In this document: positions 1-13,039 of the stretch, in pieces
Numbering within the stretch: the first letter of the stretch is position 1
How the letters are laid out: each line of letters starts with the position of its first letter
Assembly: GCA_023515725.1 (NCBI GenBank)
Contig: JALDTO010000251.1
Span: forward strand, 620,001-684,000
Direction: 5' to 3'
Source: Amoeboaphelidium protococcarum X5
Lineage: Eukaryota; Fungi; Aphelidiomycota
Length of the DNA stretch: 64,000 nt
Notes under the pieces: generated by a model
The model's input: only the letters and a program-made list of their open reading frames with translations
Told to the model about the DNA's origin: nothing
Databases searched by the model: none
Program-made: the position numbers and the translations under genes

Positions 1-149
1 GAATTGTTAGCAACTGGCTTTGTGGACACGCACATTTTCCCATCTGGAGTGCAGTAATTAAAAGCTTCCACTTGTGCAGTTGATAATACTAATAAGCTGA
101 TCACTGTTAAGATTAATCCTCGACAATAGTTGTTATAAAACAGCAGCAT
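1..149 (-). CDS. N-terminus of a secreted protein (runs off the window start)
   Basis: ATG at 149 reads MLLFYNNYCRGLILTVISLLVLSTAQVEA-FNYCTPDGKMCVSTKPVANN..., a signal-peptide-like hydrophobic run followed by a Cys pair; the frame is open to the window edge. Confidence 0.55.
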   Translation of the reverse strand, partial: MLLFYNNYCRGLILTVISLLVLSTAQVEAFNYCTPDGKMCVSTKPVANN

Positions 150-219
150 TTTCTTTACCTGATACAATATAAATAAATGTGATTCAAAATCAAGATAAGA
201 AAGTTAGAAGTAATAATGG

Positions 220-477
220 TCACACAGACTAGATTGTTGAGTGTATCGAGATCAACCAGTCCTAGAGCTAGTTGGACTGGATTATCCAGCTTCTGATTGG
301 TGGATCGTTTCGACACGTCACATCACTTGACTCCATTCCGGTGTAATATTAGTAACACTGTTCTTTCAGATTTTGTGACCCTCTGAACCTTGATTATAAA
401 TCATTATAGTGCACATGTTTATCAGATCTTTACTCGTGTTATTATATCGCAGTGACTTTAAACTTTTATTAAACCAT
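220..477 (-). CDS. hypothetical 85-aa protein
   Basis: ATG..TGA ORF open only under TAR=Gln; no motif recognised. Confidence 0.25.
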
Positions 478-626
478 CCTAAACAATCAATCACAGTTAT
501 ATCGTTTCATCTTCAGAAAACTTTCTTCATCTCACAGAGCAGAAAAGGCTCGTTTTACAACTCGAACTATTTCTGAGCTCTTCTCTCTGCGCGCCCCCAA
601 CTATTATTTATATTGAGTACGCCATT

Positions 627-2567
627 ATGCTTAGTGAGAGTATGAAGACTCATTTAAGTGGGCTGGATATAAAATAATTGCTGTGTATGAACTGTCTTAA
701 TTTGATGACTTCATCGAGGTCTCCAAAACTTTTAAACTGTGGTCATTCATTTTGTCAGTAATGTATCGATTAAATGCCGGTATTTAACTATCAAGAGCTG
801 GAAACAAAAACTACCCATTAGACTAAATCTTTCGGTGTTTAATAAAATGGTGTGAAAAAGTTGGATACCGTGTTTAGTTTTTTGAGTATTTTTGGAGTGA
901 ATTTAAATAATGAAGTGGCGAATGATCTTAGTTCTCAATTGGAATCCCCTCATACCTACACTCAGAAGCATGGATTTGGTGGTAATCTGATTTGCACCGT
1001 CTGCAATGCGGAAACTGTTCTAAGTGCTGATGGGAAGACTGGTCTGGAGAGCAGTGAATTTCTGGCCGCTGTTTGCGACAATGTATTCTAGCATATATCA
1101 CTTTGCGGTAATTTACATATTGTTTCTTTATCTGTATTTTAAAGTGAATTCAATGATTTTAATATCGTAACTTTGTGTAGCTGACTGTACAACTAATCAA
1201 GTCTAGAGTTATTGCTCCGATTGCAATTTATTTCTGTGCTTGCAGTGTAATCAGCGCCTACATTCTGGTTCGTAGACTAAATTTCATCACGTTGCTCAAG
1301 CCTGTGGAGGTCAAGGTGATGATACTCTGACATTATTAGCTGAGAAGTTTAAGGTAACTAAATATCTTACATCTCTTTTATGGTAACATATCATGATTAA
1401 CATACGCGAACATAAGTGTTGTAGATTTGTAAAGATCACCCTGGAGAAAAGGCCATGCTTTTCTGTGAGTAGTGTGAGTAGATGGTCTGTTTTATGTGTA
1501 TTTATAGCAAGCATGATAAACATAAAAAGATCTTACTTACTGAAGCTGCTGGTGTTCAAAAGCAAAAGTTAATCAACAGCGCAGATCTCATTGCGTAAAA
1601 GAGTGATTCTATTAGACTGACTCGAGACTCTATACAGAACGGATTATCTTTAATTGATTAAAATTCCTTCAACTCCCGTCAAACTATTTAAAAGACTATA
1701 TCAAGTGCTGTGAATGAATTGAAGATTTTAGAGAAGGAGCTTTTAGATGAAATTAACGATCAGGCTCATAACAAGAAACTGCTCCTCTAGAAGCAGTAGA
1801 ATGATTTGTAATCTAGGTAAGCTGATTTGGAATTGAGACACTAAACAATCAAAAAGTTGACGAAAAGCAACAATGACTACTTAATCACTCAATTCTCAGA
1901 GCCTGTAACCTCCACTATGAATCAACTGCTTTAATCTCTTCCTAGTTTGGCACTATAATCAGATTCCTCGGTTGATTGTGACACTAAATAGATTGCATCG
2001 CTACTTCGAGTAATTGCTAATGAGATTGATCCACAGGTTAAGTAGGAACCATAATCCCATGCTGTTGATCCTAGACTGCTAGTTAATAATAATATCTAAT
2101 ATTGTGATAACGTCCCAGCTAGTAATCCATAGCCAAAGGTTGCTGATATCCGTCATCAGTATGAATAATATGCAACACCTCCAACCTATATAGAATCGCA
2201 AGTCAGATAGAATTAATCCATCTCAGCTGATCTAATAGCTAGCAATCCAAATATCACTGTTAGTAAATCGTATGTTGTTAAAGAGAGCGCAAAGCCACCA
2301 TCCGTGATAGAAAAGACGCAGAATGAACCAGCTAAGGATGTCAGTGCCAAGGCTGCTCCAAAGAGAAAGTACAAGCGACGTAAAGCTGAAGAAGTTCCTC
2401 AAGAGCAATTGAGTGGTAATGCAACTAACATGCAGCCAGCAACCGTAAAAGAGAAAGAGAAGGTTAAGCGAAGTGTGCCCGTTGTAGAGTCTCCTCCAAT
2501 TCGCGTAGTCAAATTATCTTCATCTGATGATGAGTTTGACTTGCCCGTCATTAGCTGGAGTAAATGA
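627..2567 (+). CDS. TRIM/RBCC-type protein (RING, B-box1, B-box2, coiled coil, disordered tail); probable E3 ligase
   Basis: RING CMNC..PKLLNCGHSFCQQC...CTVC; B-box1 CADC..YCSDCNLFLCLQCNQRLH..H; B-box2 CKDH..FCEQCEQMVCFMC..H..H; then a Q/L/E heptad region. Introns 1108-1180 and 1354-1424; ends in TGA. Confidence 0.85.
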
Positions 2568-2919
2568 TTACATCAAACTTGTTGTGAAATGTATTTCTGA
2601 ATTTTTATCCGTGAAGAACAATTCCATATGTAGTAGAAACGTGGTAAAAGTAAGATGCTCCACTGGTGCAGAAACCAAAATCACGACGAAACAGCCTGGG
2701 AACGGGGGCGATCTCGTTGTGAAATTTCCGTTGAACCGCCCGCGACTTGTTCTGTTTCAGGAACGTTTCTTGGCTGGGTGATCGTCGTTTCTTATTCACC
2801 TGACCATTCTCTCTCTCTCTTGTCTCACTCACTCACTTACTTACTCCCTCACTCTGACTATTTGCATTTCATTGCCAATTTAACTTACCCATATAAATCC
2901 TGATATCTCATAAACTGAA

Positions 2920-4171
2920 ATGCCTAGCAGCGAAAGTAATAAGTCATCAGACAACAACAACAATAATAATAATAAGAACAAGAAGAAGCCATTGTCTACG
3001 CACTTGATCGCTGGTGGAGGTATGAATTTTGAACTTATAAATGTCATTAGCATTGTCGCTGTCTACATTGTAATTGAGTATTATTAAGTGTAGGAGCTGG
3101 TTTTGTCGAGAGTTGCGTCTGTCATCCTTTGGACACTATCAAAGTTAGGATGCAGCTTAGAGGAAAGACTAGTGTAAGATTGATATCAAACTTCTTATAA
3201 TGAAGTAAGTATATAAATGCAACTCATTATTAAGTGTAGTCCATGCCAAAGAATATTGGTTTTTTCGGGGTTGGACAGTTGATAGTGAAGAGGGAAGGTA
3301 TTCTGGCTTTGTACAAGGGACTGGGTGCCGTAGTTAGTGGAATTGTGCCCAAGATGGCTATTAGGTTCATGTCTTTTGAGTTTTATAAAGGCTTAATGGC
3401 GGACAAGGATGGAGTTGTTACGGTTGGAAAGACATTTGTTGCTGGTCTTGGTGCAGGTGTGACTGAAGCTGTAATTTTTACATTTATCTATCTCATTGTT
3501 AGAGTTGATAATTATAAGATGATACTTGTAGATTATGGTTGTTACTCCTATGGATGTGCTGAAAATTCGTCTTTAAGCTTAGCGTCACTCTATGGCCGAT
3601 CCAATGGATGTGCCAAAGTATAGAAATGCTGGACATGCAGCTTATACAATCATTAGAGAGGAAGGATTTGGTGCGCTGTACAAAGGAGTCACCTTAACCG
3701 CTCTGAGACAAGGTATAATGCTCTCTTTATATATTGTTGTCGACTTTTGGTATATTTATATTGTCATATGTAGCAACTAATCAGGCTGTGAATTTCACTG
3801 CTTATAAGGAGATGAAGGACTGGTTGTTGAAGTATCAGAATCTTGATAATCTTCCTTCTTATTAGCATCTTCTGGCTGGTGGTCTCTCTGGAGCTCTTGG
3901 ACCAATGAGTAATGCGCCTATTGACACTATAAAGACTCGTATCCAGAGATCCACTTCCCTGCCTGGTGAGTCGGCATCCACTAGATTTAAGCGCGTTGTT
4001 ACTGGAATTTATCGCGAAGAGGGAGTGATGGCGTTCTACAAAGGATTGACACCGCGTCTATTACGTGTCGCCCCAGGACAGGCTATTACATTTATGGTGT
4101 ATGAGAGAATTCAGCGCTGGATTAATACTATTCAGTTGAGTGGTATCAACGGAAGCAACGATGAAATTTGA
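2920..4171 (+). CDS. SFC1: mitochondrial succinate/fumarate carrier
   Basis: Three PxDxxKxRxQ repeats, GLGAVVSGIVPKMAIRF, KIRLQAQ (Q=TAA,TAG). Introns 3020-3093, 3174-3239, 3471-3531, 3713-3773. Confidence 0.9.
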
Positions 4172-4271
4172 TAATGATAAAGGTGCTCGTTGTTACATCT
4201 TGTATTTGCTTATTTCTATTTTTCATTATAAGTAAAGTGATCCAATTTTTGTGCATAAGGTGGTGTATCAA

Positions 4272-5509
4272 ATGGTTGTGAGTATTTCCATGTAAATTCC
4301 TAAAGGTCGTGGCGCTACGTGCATTAAATTTGTCAATGACGACTGTTTTAGTGTGTCCACCATATCTGGTCATTTATACACGTAATATATCTTTTCTAAC
4401 CTAATCTTAAAGCTATACTTGATTTGCATAATGTTTGTAGATATCGCGCGTCTGATTTGCATTAGTTGAGTAAAATCAAAGTATCAGCGGAGAGTTTATG
4501 CTCATTTGACGTCTTTGATCATTGTGTGTACGCTGTTGATTCTGGCTCAGGTCTATCTTTGTATGATTGTGAAAGTGCTCAAGTCGTATCGCATCTGGAT
4601 GATCAGTTGGACTTTGAGCCTGAAGTGATTAAAGTGCTTCCAGGTCTCTCCGCTTCGAGTGGGTCTGCGGTGTCTGTTATCGGCGGCGTTGATGGTCACA
4701 TTGCTATTCATGATTTTAGATAGCGTAAATGCGTATATTAATGGAATGATGTACATGAAGGAGAAATCCGAACATTTTTGCAGCGGGATGGAGATAGTAA
4801 ATCGGTGATATCTCTATCAGAAGATGGGTATCTGTCAGTATTTGATATCCGCAAAGTTTATCATAAACCATAGCCATAGGCCAAAGATGCATCCGACTAT
4901 GGGCTTATTGCGCGCAGTGATAACATGGAAGCTGGTATGCTCTGTGGTGCAGTGATGAAGCACGGTAAAAGGGTGGTGGTGGGCTTTGAGAATCCGTCCA
5001 ATTCCTAATTGAATCCTCAAAGTAGCAACGACGTGATGGGAATTTTCAATTGGGATAATTGGGGTGACATGTCTGATAGATTCGTGGTCCCTGCGCTAGA
5101 TAAGGCGACGCGTCACACCTCTAATTCTGAATCTATAACTGCAATGGTGAAAGTGAATGAGGATGAAGTGCTGATTGGAAATGAGGCCGGTGTCATTAGT
5201 CTTGTAAATGTACAGCCAAACAAAGTTATACGCACTCTAAATTGCTAATCGTCTAGTACTCTGACTGAAGTAAAGAAAATTCGACATGATGTTGAAATGA
5301 TGGAAATTAATGCATTCGGATCGACATTGATTACGGCTAATATGCTTGGTCACTTAGATCTCTACCGCAACTTTAATGCTTTCCTCGATGGCACAGAAGA
5401 TGCAGACGATTCATCATAGCATGGTAAACAGTCACGTCGAAAGAGACGGAAACAGAGCAGGGAAGATGATGAACATAAAGTCACCAACAGTTTCTATGCT
5501 GATATGTGA
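4272..5509 (+). CDS. JIP5: WD40 protein, WDR55/JIP5 family
   Basis: WD-like repeats, KHGKRVVVG, GIFNWDNWGDMSDRF, C-terminal SFYADM*. Intron 4382-4440. Confidence 0.7.
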
Positions 5510-5542
5510 TACTAAATAGAGTCAAATTCGTCAATATTTAAT

Positions 5543-6615
5543 TCAGTATTTTTAGCTCAGCTACTCCATGTCCCACCCAGCGTCAGATAGCATTTGGATG
5601 GCATCTCTTATCACGGGCAAATCAACAGCTTTTCCCTCAAGTTCGAAGGCGCCTGGTATAGTATTGAGATTTTGAACTGCCATTTTGTGCTTGAGAACGT
5701 CCATAACTTTCTGAGCCCATGCCACTTCATCCTCTGAGGGCGCGAACATCTTATTAATCACGTCAATCTGAGCAGGATGAATACACTGCTTCCCATTGAA
5801 ACCCATTTGCCTACCATTTAAGCATTCAGAGCGTAGCAATTTTCTCCACTCATCATTCTTGGTGTCGCGCTTACTCGACACGTTGATTGAAACAAGATCA
5901 ATCGCGAGGAGTTAATAAGCTTTAGCGACGCACTGCAAATGACTTCTTGGGTAAATGTACGTGCTTAGATCATTCGTTCTCTGCACTCTGCTGCTAGCGG
6001 TGTAGTCTTCTGACGCAAATACTAATCCCAAAAGAGCAATATTATCATACACCGCTTAAGAGGACTATGCAATACTTTATGCGTTAAGAATAGCCATCGA
6101 ACTCTCTAAAGCTGACAAAATACTTAGACGCTTCTAACTTTTCTACTGATCGTAACCAAATTGAGTCAAATACTTATCTAAATGTCCCAAATGTTGGCTA
6201 TTCTCTGTCTTGGGTAGGACAATACCATCAGCGAGATGAAGATGTGGCGATAAGACTGACAAATCACTTTTGCTCCACTCTGACAACTCTCCATCAGAAG
6301 TCAAAGCATTGATTCTTATGAAGATTTAACTCTATCGCTCATCTTCTTTACGCGTATGCTACTGCAGAAAGTCCACAATCATCTTACGTGCACTCCGCTT
6401 GGCAGAAAACGCTACTCCATCCTCTAGATCCAACACAACGGCATCCGCTCCACGGTTCATACATTTCGACAGCATATTCTCATTACTTCCCGGTACTACA
6501 ATTGTTAAAGGATGGTAGAATTAGTATAACAAACTTTCAGAGTACAAATCATACCATTGAACAGCGAGCGAATACGCGGTATAGTTCCAATCTTGAATAG
6601 TTCTTTTGGCAGCAT
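5543..6615 (-). CDS. citrate lyase beta-like (CitE/CLYBL family)
   Basis: RSLFNVPGS, LDLEDG, GFNGKQCIHPAQID, GKAVDLPV. Intron 6496-6554. Confidence 0.85.
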
Positions 6616-6829
6616 AATTTTAAGCTATTATTTTAAAGATTTAGATTGAAGATTTGAATATAAACTGCAAAAATCTCAAATCTGCACACCCTTATTCTGT
6701 AGCTAAGCGAGACTTGCAGTTTGTGTTTGATCTCTCAGCTTTTAAGCTTTCCTCTCTCTTTCTCGCTTATAATCCACTTTAAGGTAGAAAGGTTACAACA
6801 ATACTGAACTAGTATAATTTGAAATTAGA

Positions 6830-7919
6830 ATGTCAAAGGAATCAGATACGCAACCGATTGTGAACAAGGATCCTTATGGGATCAAGCGCTTTATTAGCGG
6901 TGGCATCGGAGGTATGTATTAAATATACATTTCCATTATTACTTTATCAATCGAGATATCATTCAATTGCATCTGTAGGAATGTGTTTGGTTCTGGTTGG
7001 TCAACCATTTGATACTGTTAAAGTTAGACTGCAGACAGATTCGCAGTATAAAGGAGCGATGGATGTGGTTAGAAAGACTATTGCGAAGGAGGGAATAAGA
7101 GGATTATACCGCGGAATGGCCACACCATTGATCTTTGTAACGCCTATGTACGCTGTCTGCTTCTGGGGTTATGAGATGGGCCGCAAGTTGTCGGTCAAGC
7201 TTTGGAACTCAAAGCCTGCTGATCCGCTGACTCTGAGCCAGGTTAGCTTTGCTGGTGGATTCAGTGCTGTACCAACTACATTCTTGATGACCCCTATTGA
7301 GAGAATCAAGGTGATCTTGCAGACTCAAGGATCATCGACTGCGGGCAGCTCTGCAGTAGTTTTAAAAGGACCGGGAGATGTTGTTAAACATTTAATGAAG
7401 ACTGGTGGTGTATCAAGTTTATACAGAGGATTTGGCGCTACTCTGCTTCGTGATGTCCCTGGTAGTGTTGCCTATTTTGCCACCTATGAGATTGCTAAAG
7501 AGAAGCTATCCAAAAAGTCTGCCGATGGACAGCTTGACAAGGCTGCTATTCTGTTCTCTGGAGGTAGATTATATATTTACATTCCCATCAAGATTAAATT
7601 TATTGACTTTGAGTATTTGTAGGCCTTGCTGGTGTTATGAATTGGGCGATTGCCATCCCACCTGATGTATTAAAGTCTAGATTACAATCGGCTCCTGAAG
7701 GCATGTACAAAGGTTTGGGTGACGTGTTTTTCAAGCTGATACGCGAAGAAGGTGTAACTGCATTGTTCAAAGGCTTCGGTCCGATCATGCTGCGTGCATT
7801 CCCAGTAAGATTGTATTGTTTTGATGATCAACTGTAATTCTATATTCCGCGTGTAGGCTAATGCTGCAACATTCTTTGGAGCCGAAATGAGTAATAAGGC
7901 TTTAGAAAAGTTATTCTGA
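6830..7919 (+). CDS. CRC1: mitochondrial carnitine/acylcarnitine carrier (SLC25A20)
   Basis: [56 protein letters not shown]. Introns 6912-6978, 7564-7622, 7805-7856. Confidence 0.9.
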
Positions 7920-8416
7920 CGTGTGATGTATTGACAATGAGTAGTTATACCTAGGGAACCCCGCAACTTTAACCTTGATGATTTTCACGCGCGCCTTCTC
8001 TGTCTGCTTAGATCTGTTTAGACTCCAACTATCTAATCAGCCAAAGATTCGTACACAAAATATAACAATAATTCACAATTATTAGATAACTCGCTTAATA
8101 CCACTTCATAGTCATTATTTATTCAGATACTTAATTCCCGACTGTAACAACTACGGTACATCAAGCATCACGTCATCCACATACACTCCTGAGTCTCTCT
8201 CGATTTATGGCCCGTTTTCCCACAGCAAGATCAAGCGCGAAACGAAAAAGCGACGCGAGCCGCGGTTTGTGAAACGAAATCTTTTTCATTTTATTGCGCA
8301 ACGACGACACTCAAGCCAATCGCCCCGTGCCACAGACGATAATCGTCCATTGCATTGACTACTTTCTATATACACAATTATCCCTTGGTGTGTATATATT
8401 TATCATTAACACCTAT

Positions 8417-9656
8417 ATGGCAGTATCTAAATTCTCCTTTGCGCTGGTTATCGCTGTTATCGTATCGCTGCTGAATTCTGTTATCGGCTATGGATTCGGA
8501 GGTATTACCTATTCTCATTGTATGATTATCATGGTTAATGAATATATATTTAATTCATGTAGGTCATCGAATGGTTGCAGCGATTGCTTAATCTCTATTG
8601 ACAGAGTCAACAGTGAGACAGCTCGAAGCGATACTGAAATATGATGGTCATGAGAGTAGTAGTAGTGTCAAAGCCGTCAGTGCTGGTAATAATGATGATG
8701 ATTATCAAAGCAATGGTGTGGCGTCGTTGATTGGCGGAGATCCGAATTATCAGTTGGATTTGCAGAGAATCTCAACATGGGCCGATCAGATTAAGAGAAG
8801 TGCCAAGTACCGATTCACTTCTCAGCTGCACTATGTCAATCCTCTGGACAATGAGCCGCAAAAGTGTAGCTACAACTATGCCCGCGATTGCCCAATCAAA
8901 TTTGAAGGGGATCAATTTGGTACTTGCATCGTTGGTGCACTGAAGAACTACACGCAGCGTCTATTGACGAGCGATGACATCTCAGTGCAGATTGAGGCTC
9001 TGAAGTTTATCGTTCACTTTGTCGGTGATATTCATCAGCCTCTTCATGCATCTGGTCGTTAGCGTGGTGGTAACGATTATTCAGTGCGTTTCTTCAATGC
9101 CAAGTCTAATCTTCACGCTGTCTGGGATGGCCTTCTTCTGGATAAGATTGTGCGTCAGATGTTCCACAGCTATGATAAGTCTGGTATTGATGAAAGTGAC
9201 GCGTCCGAAAAGAGCGGTGATAGTGATGATGATGATGATCTAGCTCGTGGTGTTGATTACGCGCCTCTGACAGACTATCTCATCACCAAGATAAATGATG
9301 GCTGGGACGGTCAGGTTGGTAAATGGGAAACTTGTTCGTATCCGCGCATGGTATTCCAGGATCCAACTTCACCGTTAATGTCCAGTGAACCATTTCTCGC
9401 TGTGCAAGATTTAACCAGCTCCGTGTGTCCTGACCTGTGGGCTCGCGAAAGTAATTAGTACAATTGCAAATCTGTGTGGCCTAAGGATGGGATCTAAACT
9501 CTCGGCCAGGATTATGTTGATGCGAATTAGAAGATTGCTATTGAGATTGTGGCCAAGAGCGGTGTCAGACTGGCTGCCATTCTCAATTCGATCATGGACG
9601 CTCGCGAACGGATGCGCATCGTCGGTGAGGTTAAGAGTGAACTTTAATTACTATGA
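8417..9656 (+). CDS. secreted S1/P1 nuclease
   Basis: Signal peptide, YGFGGH (WGxxGH-like), WAD, LHYVN, HFVGDIHQPLH, GGN, NLHAVWD, RLAAILN. Intron 8502-8562. Confidence 0.9.
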
Positions 9657-9840
9657 GCCTTATTTAAACGTGGAATTTTGTGTCTTATTTTTGGTTCTTT
9701 CACAATTTAAATTTCTTATTTTATAATCTTTTCAGTGTCAACGCTTTGGGACAGAGTGAGAGAGTTACTTTTTTTGTTCTCAAAAATAGATTAAAAACAC
9801 GTTAATATTTATCACCTTTTTTTGGAGTGTAATCATCGTG

Positions 9841-11643
9841 ATGCTTAGTATTGGGAGAAGGATTATAAGTGTAAACAGTCTGAGGATATAAAAGTATCCA
9901 CTAGCATCCGGTAGTAGATTGTAGTTGAATGCTTTGGGTTAAAGAAGTTTTACTACTCGGCCCGTTATTGGACCTTCATCGATGCCAGTCTATCATCGTT
10001 AACCATAATACAAATCTATTGTACTGACAAAGTAATGGATTAAAAAGTATTCTACTAATCAGCTAGCTCCTTAATCATCTAATAATAATCAATCCGCTAA
10101 GAAATCGCTGTGGACTAAGATTAAAGAGGAAGCCCTTCATTATTGGAATGGTACTAAACTACTGGCAAAGGAGATGAAGATATCGACGTTGCTCTTGATG
10201 AAGTAGAGTCGTGGCCACAAGCTATCTCGTAGAGAGCATCGATAGTTATTGAGAACTAGTAGAGATATGGTAAAGCTAATTCCATTCTCGATATTTGTGT
10301 TGGTACCTTTTACTGAGCTGCTTCTACCATTCGTGCTCAGAATATTCCCAAATATGCTCCCCAGCACGTATGAGCACGATAAAGGTGGTGTAAAAGATGA
10401 AGGTATTCGCAAATAGACTTGGACGGAGAAGGTTAAGTTGGCCAAGATGTTGAGATAATCCATCAATAAGGATCTGGAGACTGTGGATAATGCAGGATCT
10501 GCACAAGAGTTTGCCAAATTCTTTAAAAAGTATCGATCCAGTGGTGAACGGGCATCCACCGAGGAGATTCTGGCCATGTGTAAGAAGATATCTGACGATA
10601 TCACTATCGATAATCTGTCGCGCCCGTAGTTGATCACTCTGGCCCGGTTCGTCAACTTGAATCCTACATCGAATACTGTGAGTGCTCTCACCTCGTTTGC
10701 CACTGACAATATGCTCAGAGCTGCCCTCAGACGTAGAATGAGATAGATCAAGTCTGATGATGAAATGATACACGCTGAGGGTTTAGACTCGTTGACGATT
10801 TATGAATTGGTCCAGGCATGTCATGCTAGAGGTATCAAGACTGTGGGTGTGGACCCGGATAGATTGAGATTTGAGTTGCGTCAATGGATGGATTTGCATC
10901 TGGTACACAAGATTCCATTTACTCTAGTGCTGCTCTCACGCGCGTACATTATGAGTGAACGTGCCGTCATTAAAGAGACTACTACCGAGGTACGGCCCGA
11001 TGTTATCACCGTGTTAGAAGAAGCCGTTGGTGATGGTGGAACTACTCTGAGTGAACGTGAATAGTTGGAGGCTCTGCAGTAGACACTTAACTCTTTACCA
11101 CCTAAAATTTTGGCAGAGACTGAGCTGAAATTGCAAGAAGATGAGATTGATCGCGAGGCAAGTAAGAAGGACAGAAAGGCTGCAGCTTCTGCCGCTGCAG
11201 AAGTTGCTCGTCAAGCCATGGAAGAAGCCGCTTAGTAGGTTGCATCTGCTGGTAGTAATACTGCTGCAGCTGCTTCGGAAGAGCCTTAGCTGAGTGCTGA
11301 TGACTTGGAGCGTGACTTTACCAAGAGAAAGTTGGAGTACATTGATGCAGAGTAGAAACTGATAGAAGAGGAAGAGAAGGAGTTTAGTGAGCATCCAGAA
11401 TTGATACCAGATGATGATGACAGTCAGTCTGATGACTTGAGCAGTAGTGAAAAGGAGCTGAGGCACTCGTTAGACTCGGACAAAGCTTCATCCATATAGA
11501 GCAGAGATGAGCTTATGGACAATAATTAGCAATTGATTGACGATAATATCGCCATTGACGCGTAAAAGTATCGCGATACCAAGTCTGTAGATTCCGTATC
11601 TGGTGATAAAAGTGGAGATGGAAGTTCTCTAAATAAGAAATGA
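9841..11643 (+). CDS. MDM38: LETM1/Mdm38 mitochondrial inner membrane protein
   Basis: [54 protein letters not shown]; a single 600-aa frame under TAR=Gln. Confidence 0.92.
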
Positions 11644-11701
11644 AAATAGAGTTAAATCTTCAAAAAAGACTTTGCTTAGAACACAGTTGAACACTTTACA
11701 A

Positions 11702-12430
11702 TCACAACTTCTTCTTACTTTTAGCAGGAGTTCCCACAGTCTTGACACTATCAGCCACAGGCGCTTCGTGAACAGAGCCAACGCGATAATTGCTCTCCCA
11801 CAGCGCAGTGTAAATCTTCTTGCAACTATCAACTGTCAACATGATAGGTACGATTATCCATGGCAGATTGCAGAGTACAAAATACCCCCAAAAGTATTGA
11901 GGATGAGGATTAACTTCTGGAAAGTTGTGATACCAGCTAGATGCATAGTACACCACACACCCGTACAGTTGACCGACAGAGACCAGGAGTTGGAGCAAAT
12001 AGCGAGCCGGAGTCTGGTACATGTAACTGTAAACTAAATACAGACAAGCAGGACCTTCTAGAGCAGCGGTAATCATTTCGATAAAGAGCACTGTTGGATC
12101 GCTGGTCATGTAACGGGAATCAGCTTTAGCATACTCCTTCCATGCCTGTCCAAACAGAGACATATCGGAAGGGAGTTGATTGTTCCAGCCCTTCATCACA
12201 AAATGTCCCTCAAAGAATGTATGGATGCAGCCACACAGGGCGAACCACACAATAGCCAGGCGATCACATTGACAGATTCTATACTTGCTGTAGCCAGATG
12301 CAACGTAAGCAACCAGAGAAATTACACCGAAACCACCAAAGAAAGTTGTCAAAATGGACTGCGTGCTCATATCATTTGGCACATAGCCATTTAGCTTAAT
12401 GTTATGAGGATAATAATTGTGCATGTTCAT
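11702..12430 (-). CDS. EBP: emopamil-binding protein family sterol delta8-delta7 isomerase
   Basis: HTFFEG, WKEYAKADSRY, E..TAALEGP, GQLYG, FWGYFVLCNLPWIIVP; C-terminal KKKL ER-retrieval signal. Confidence 0.88.
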   Translation of the reverse strand: MNMHNYYPHNIKLNGYVPNDMSTQSILTTFFGGFGVISLVAYVASGYSKYRICQCDRLAIVWFALCGCIHTFFEGHFVMKGWNNQLPSDMSLFGQAWKEYAKADSRYMTSDPTVLFIEMITAALEGPACLYLVYSYMYQTPARYLLQLLVSVGQLYGCVVYYASSWYHNFPEVNPHPQYFWGYFVLCNLPWIIVPIMLTVDSCKKIYTALWESNYRVGSVHEAPVADSVKTVGTPAKSKKKL

Positions 12431-13039
12431 CTTGAATAGTTGAGCGATTCAAGTAAATAGTAATGTACCGTGGTAGTATTGAATGTTCGGTAGCAGGTCG
12501 GCTGTGTTTAACTCTTTAGGAAGATGAATGGCTTGAATGGCTTGAAACGGATAACGCGAGACGCGTCAACTTTTGATAGGTGCGGCTTTCTGTGAGAATA
12601 GACAGCTCCAGTGACTGGATTGGGAAACTATTCTACCGCCTCGCTTCATTCGAAAGTTTGTGTTGTAGAAAATTCCCATGAAGTCATCTAATAATAGTGC
12701 GACTCTTACATCAGCTCCCAATATAGTAAATTATTCCCATCTGTTGAGGCCATGCTGATGAGTTTTGCTTATCAACCATCATTTCATTTACTTGAATGAT
12801 GTTGCTTGGATACGGTGTTTGATGCATGTCGTCTGTCGGCATATTCACGGTCGGAACCTGTTGAATCTCTCGGCAATTCCTAATTTAGTGAGCCGACGAT
12901 CAGTCTAAAATATTCTGAACTTCACCTGCTTCCTTTTTCATCTATCATCTAAATAGCGATTTTAAAAAAAGTACCAAGTTTACTTGCACGTTTTTATTTC
13001 ACATAATCTCAAGAAGTTTATATATATATATATTCAAGA

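Noticed and set aside
10140-10751. 203-aa minus-strand ORF
   Set aside because: Antisense shadow of the MDM38/LETM1 gene.
12431-13039. Possible structured ncRNA (gtcggc...gccgac) in a relatively long intergenic region
   Set aside because: Only a short complementary pair; no recognisable tRNA, snRNA or snoRNA motifs. Would need an Rfam scan.
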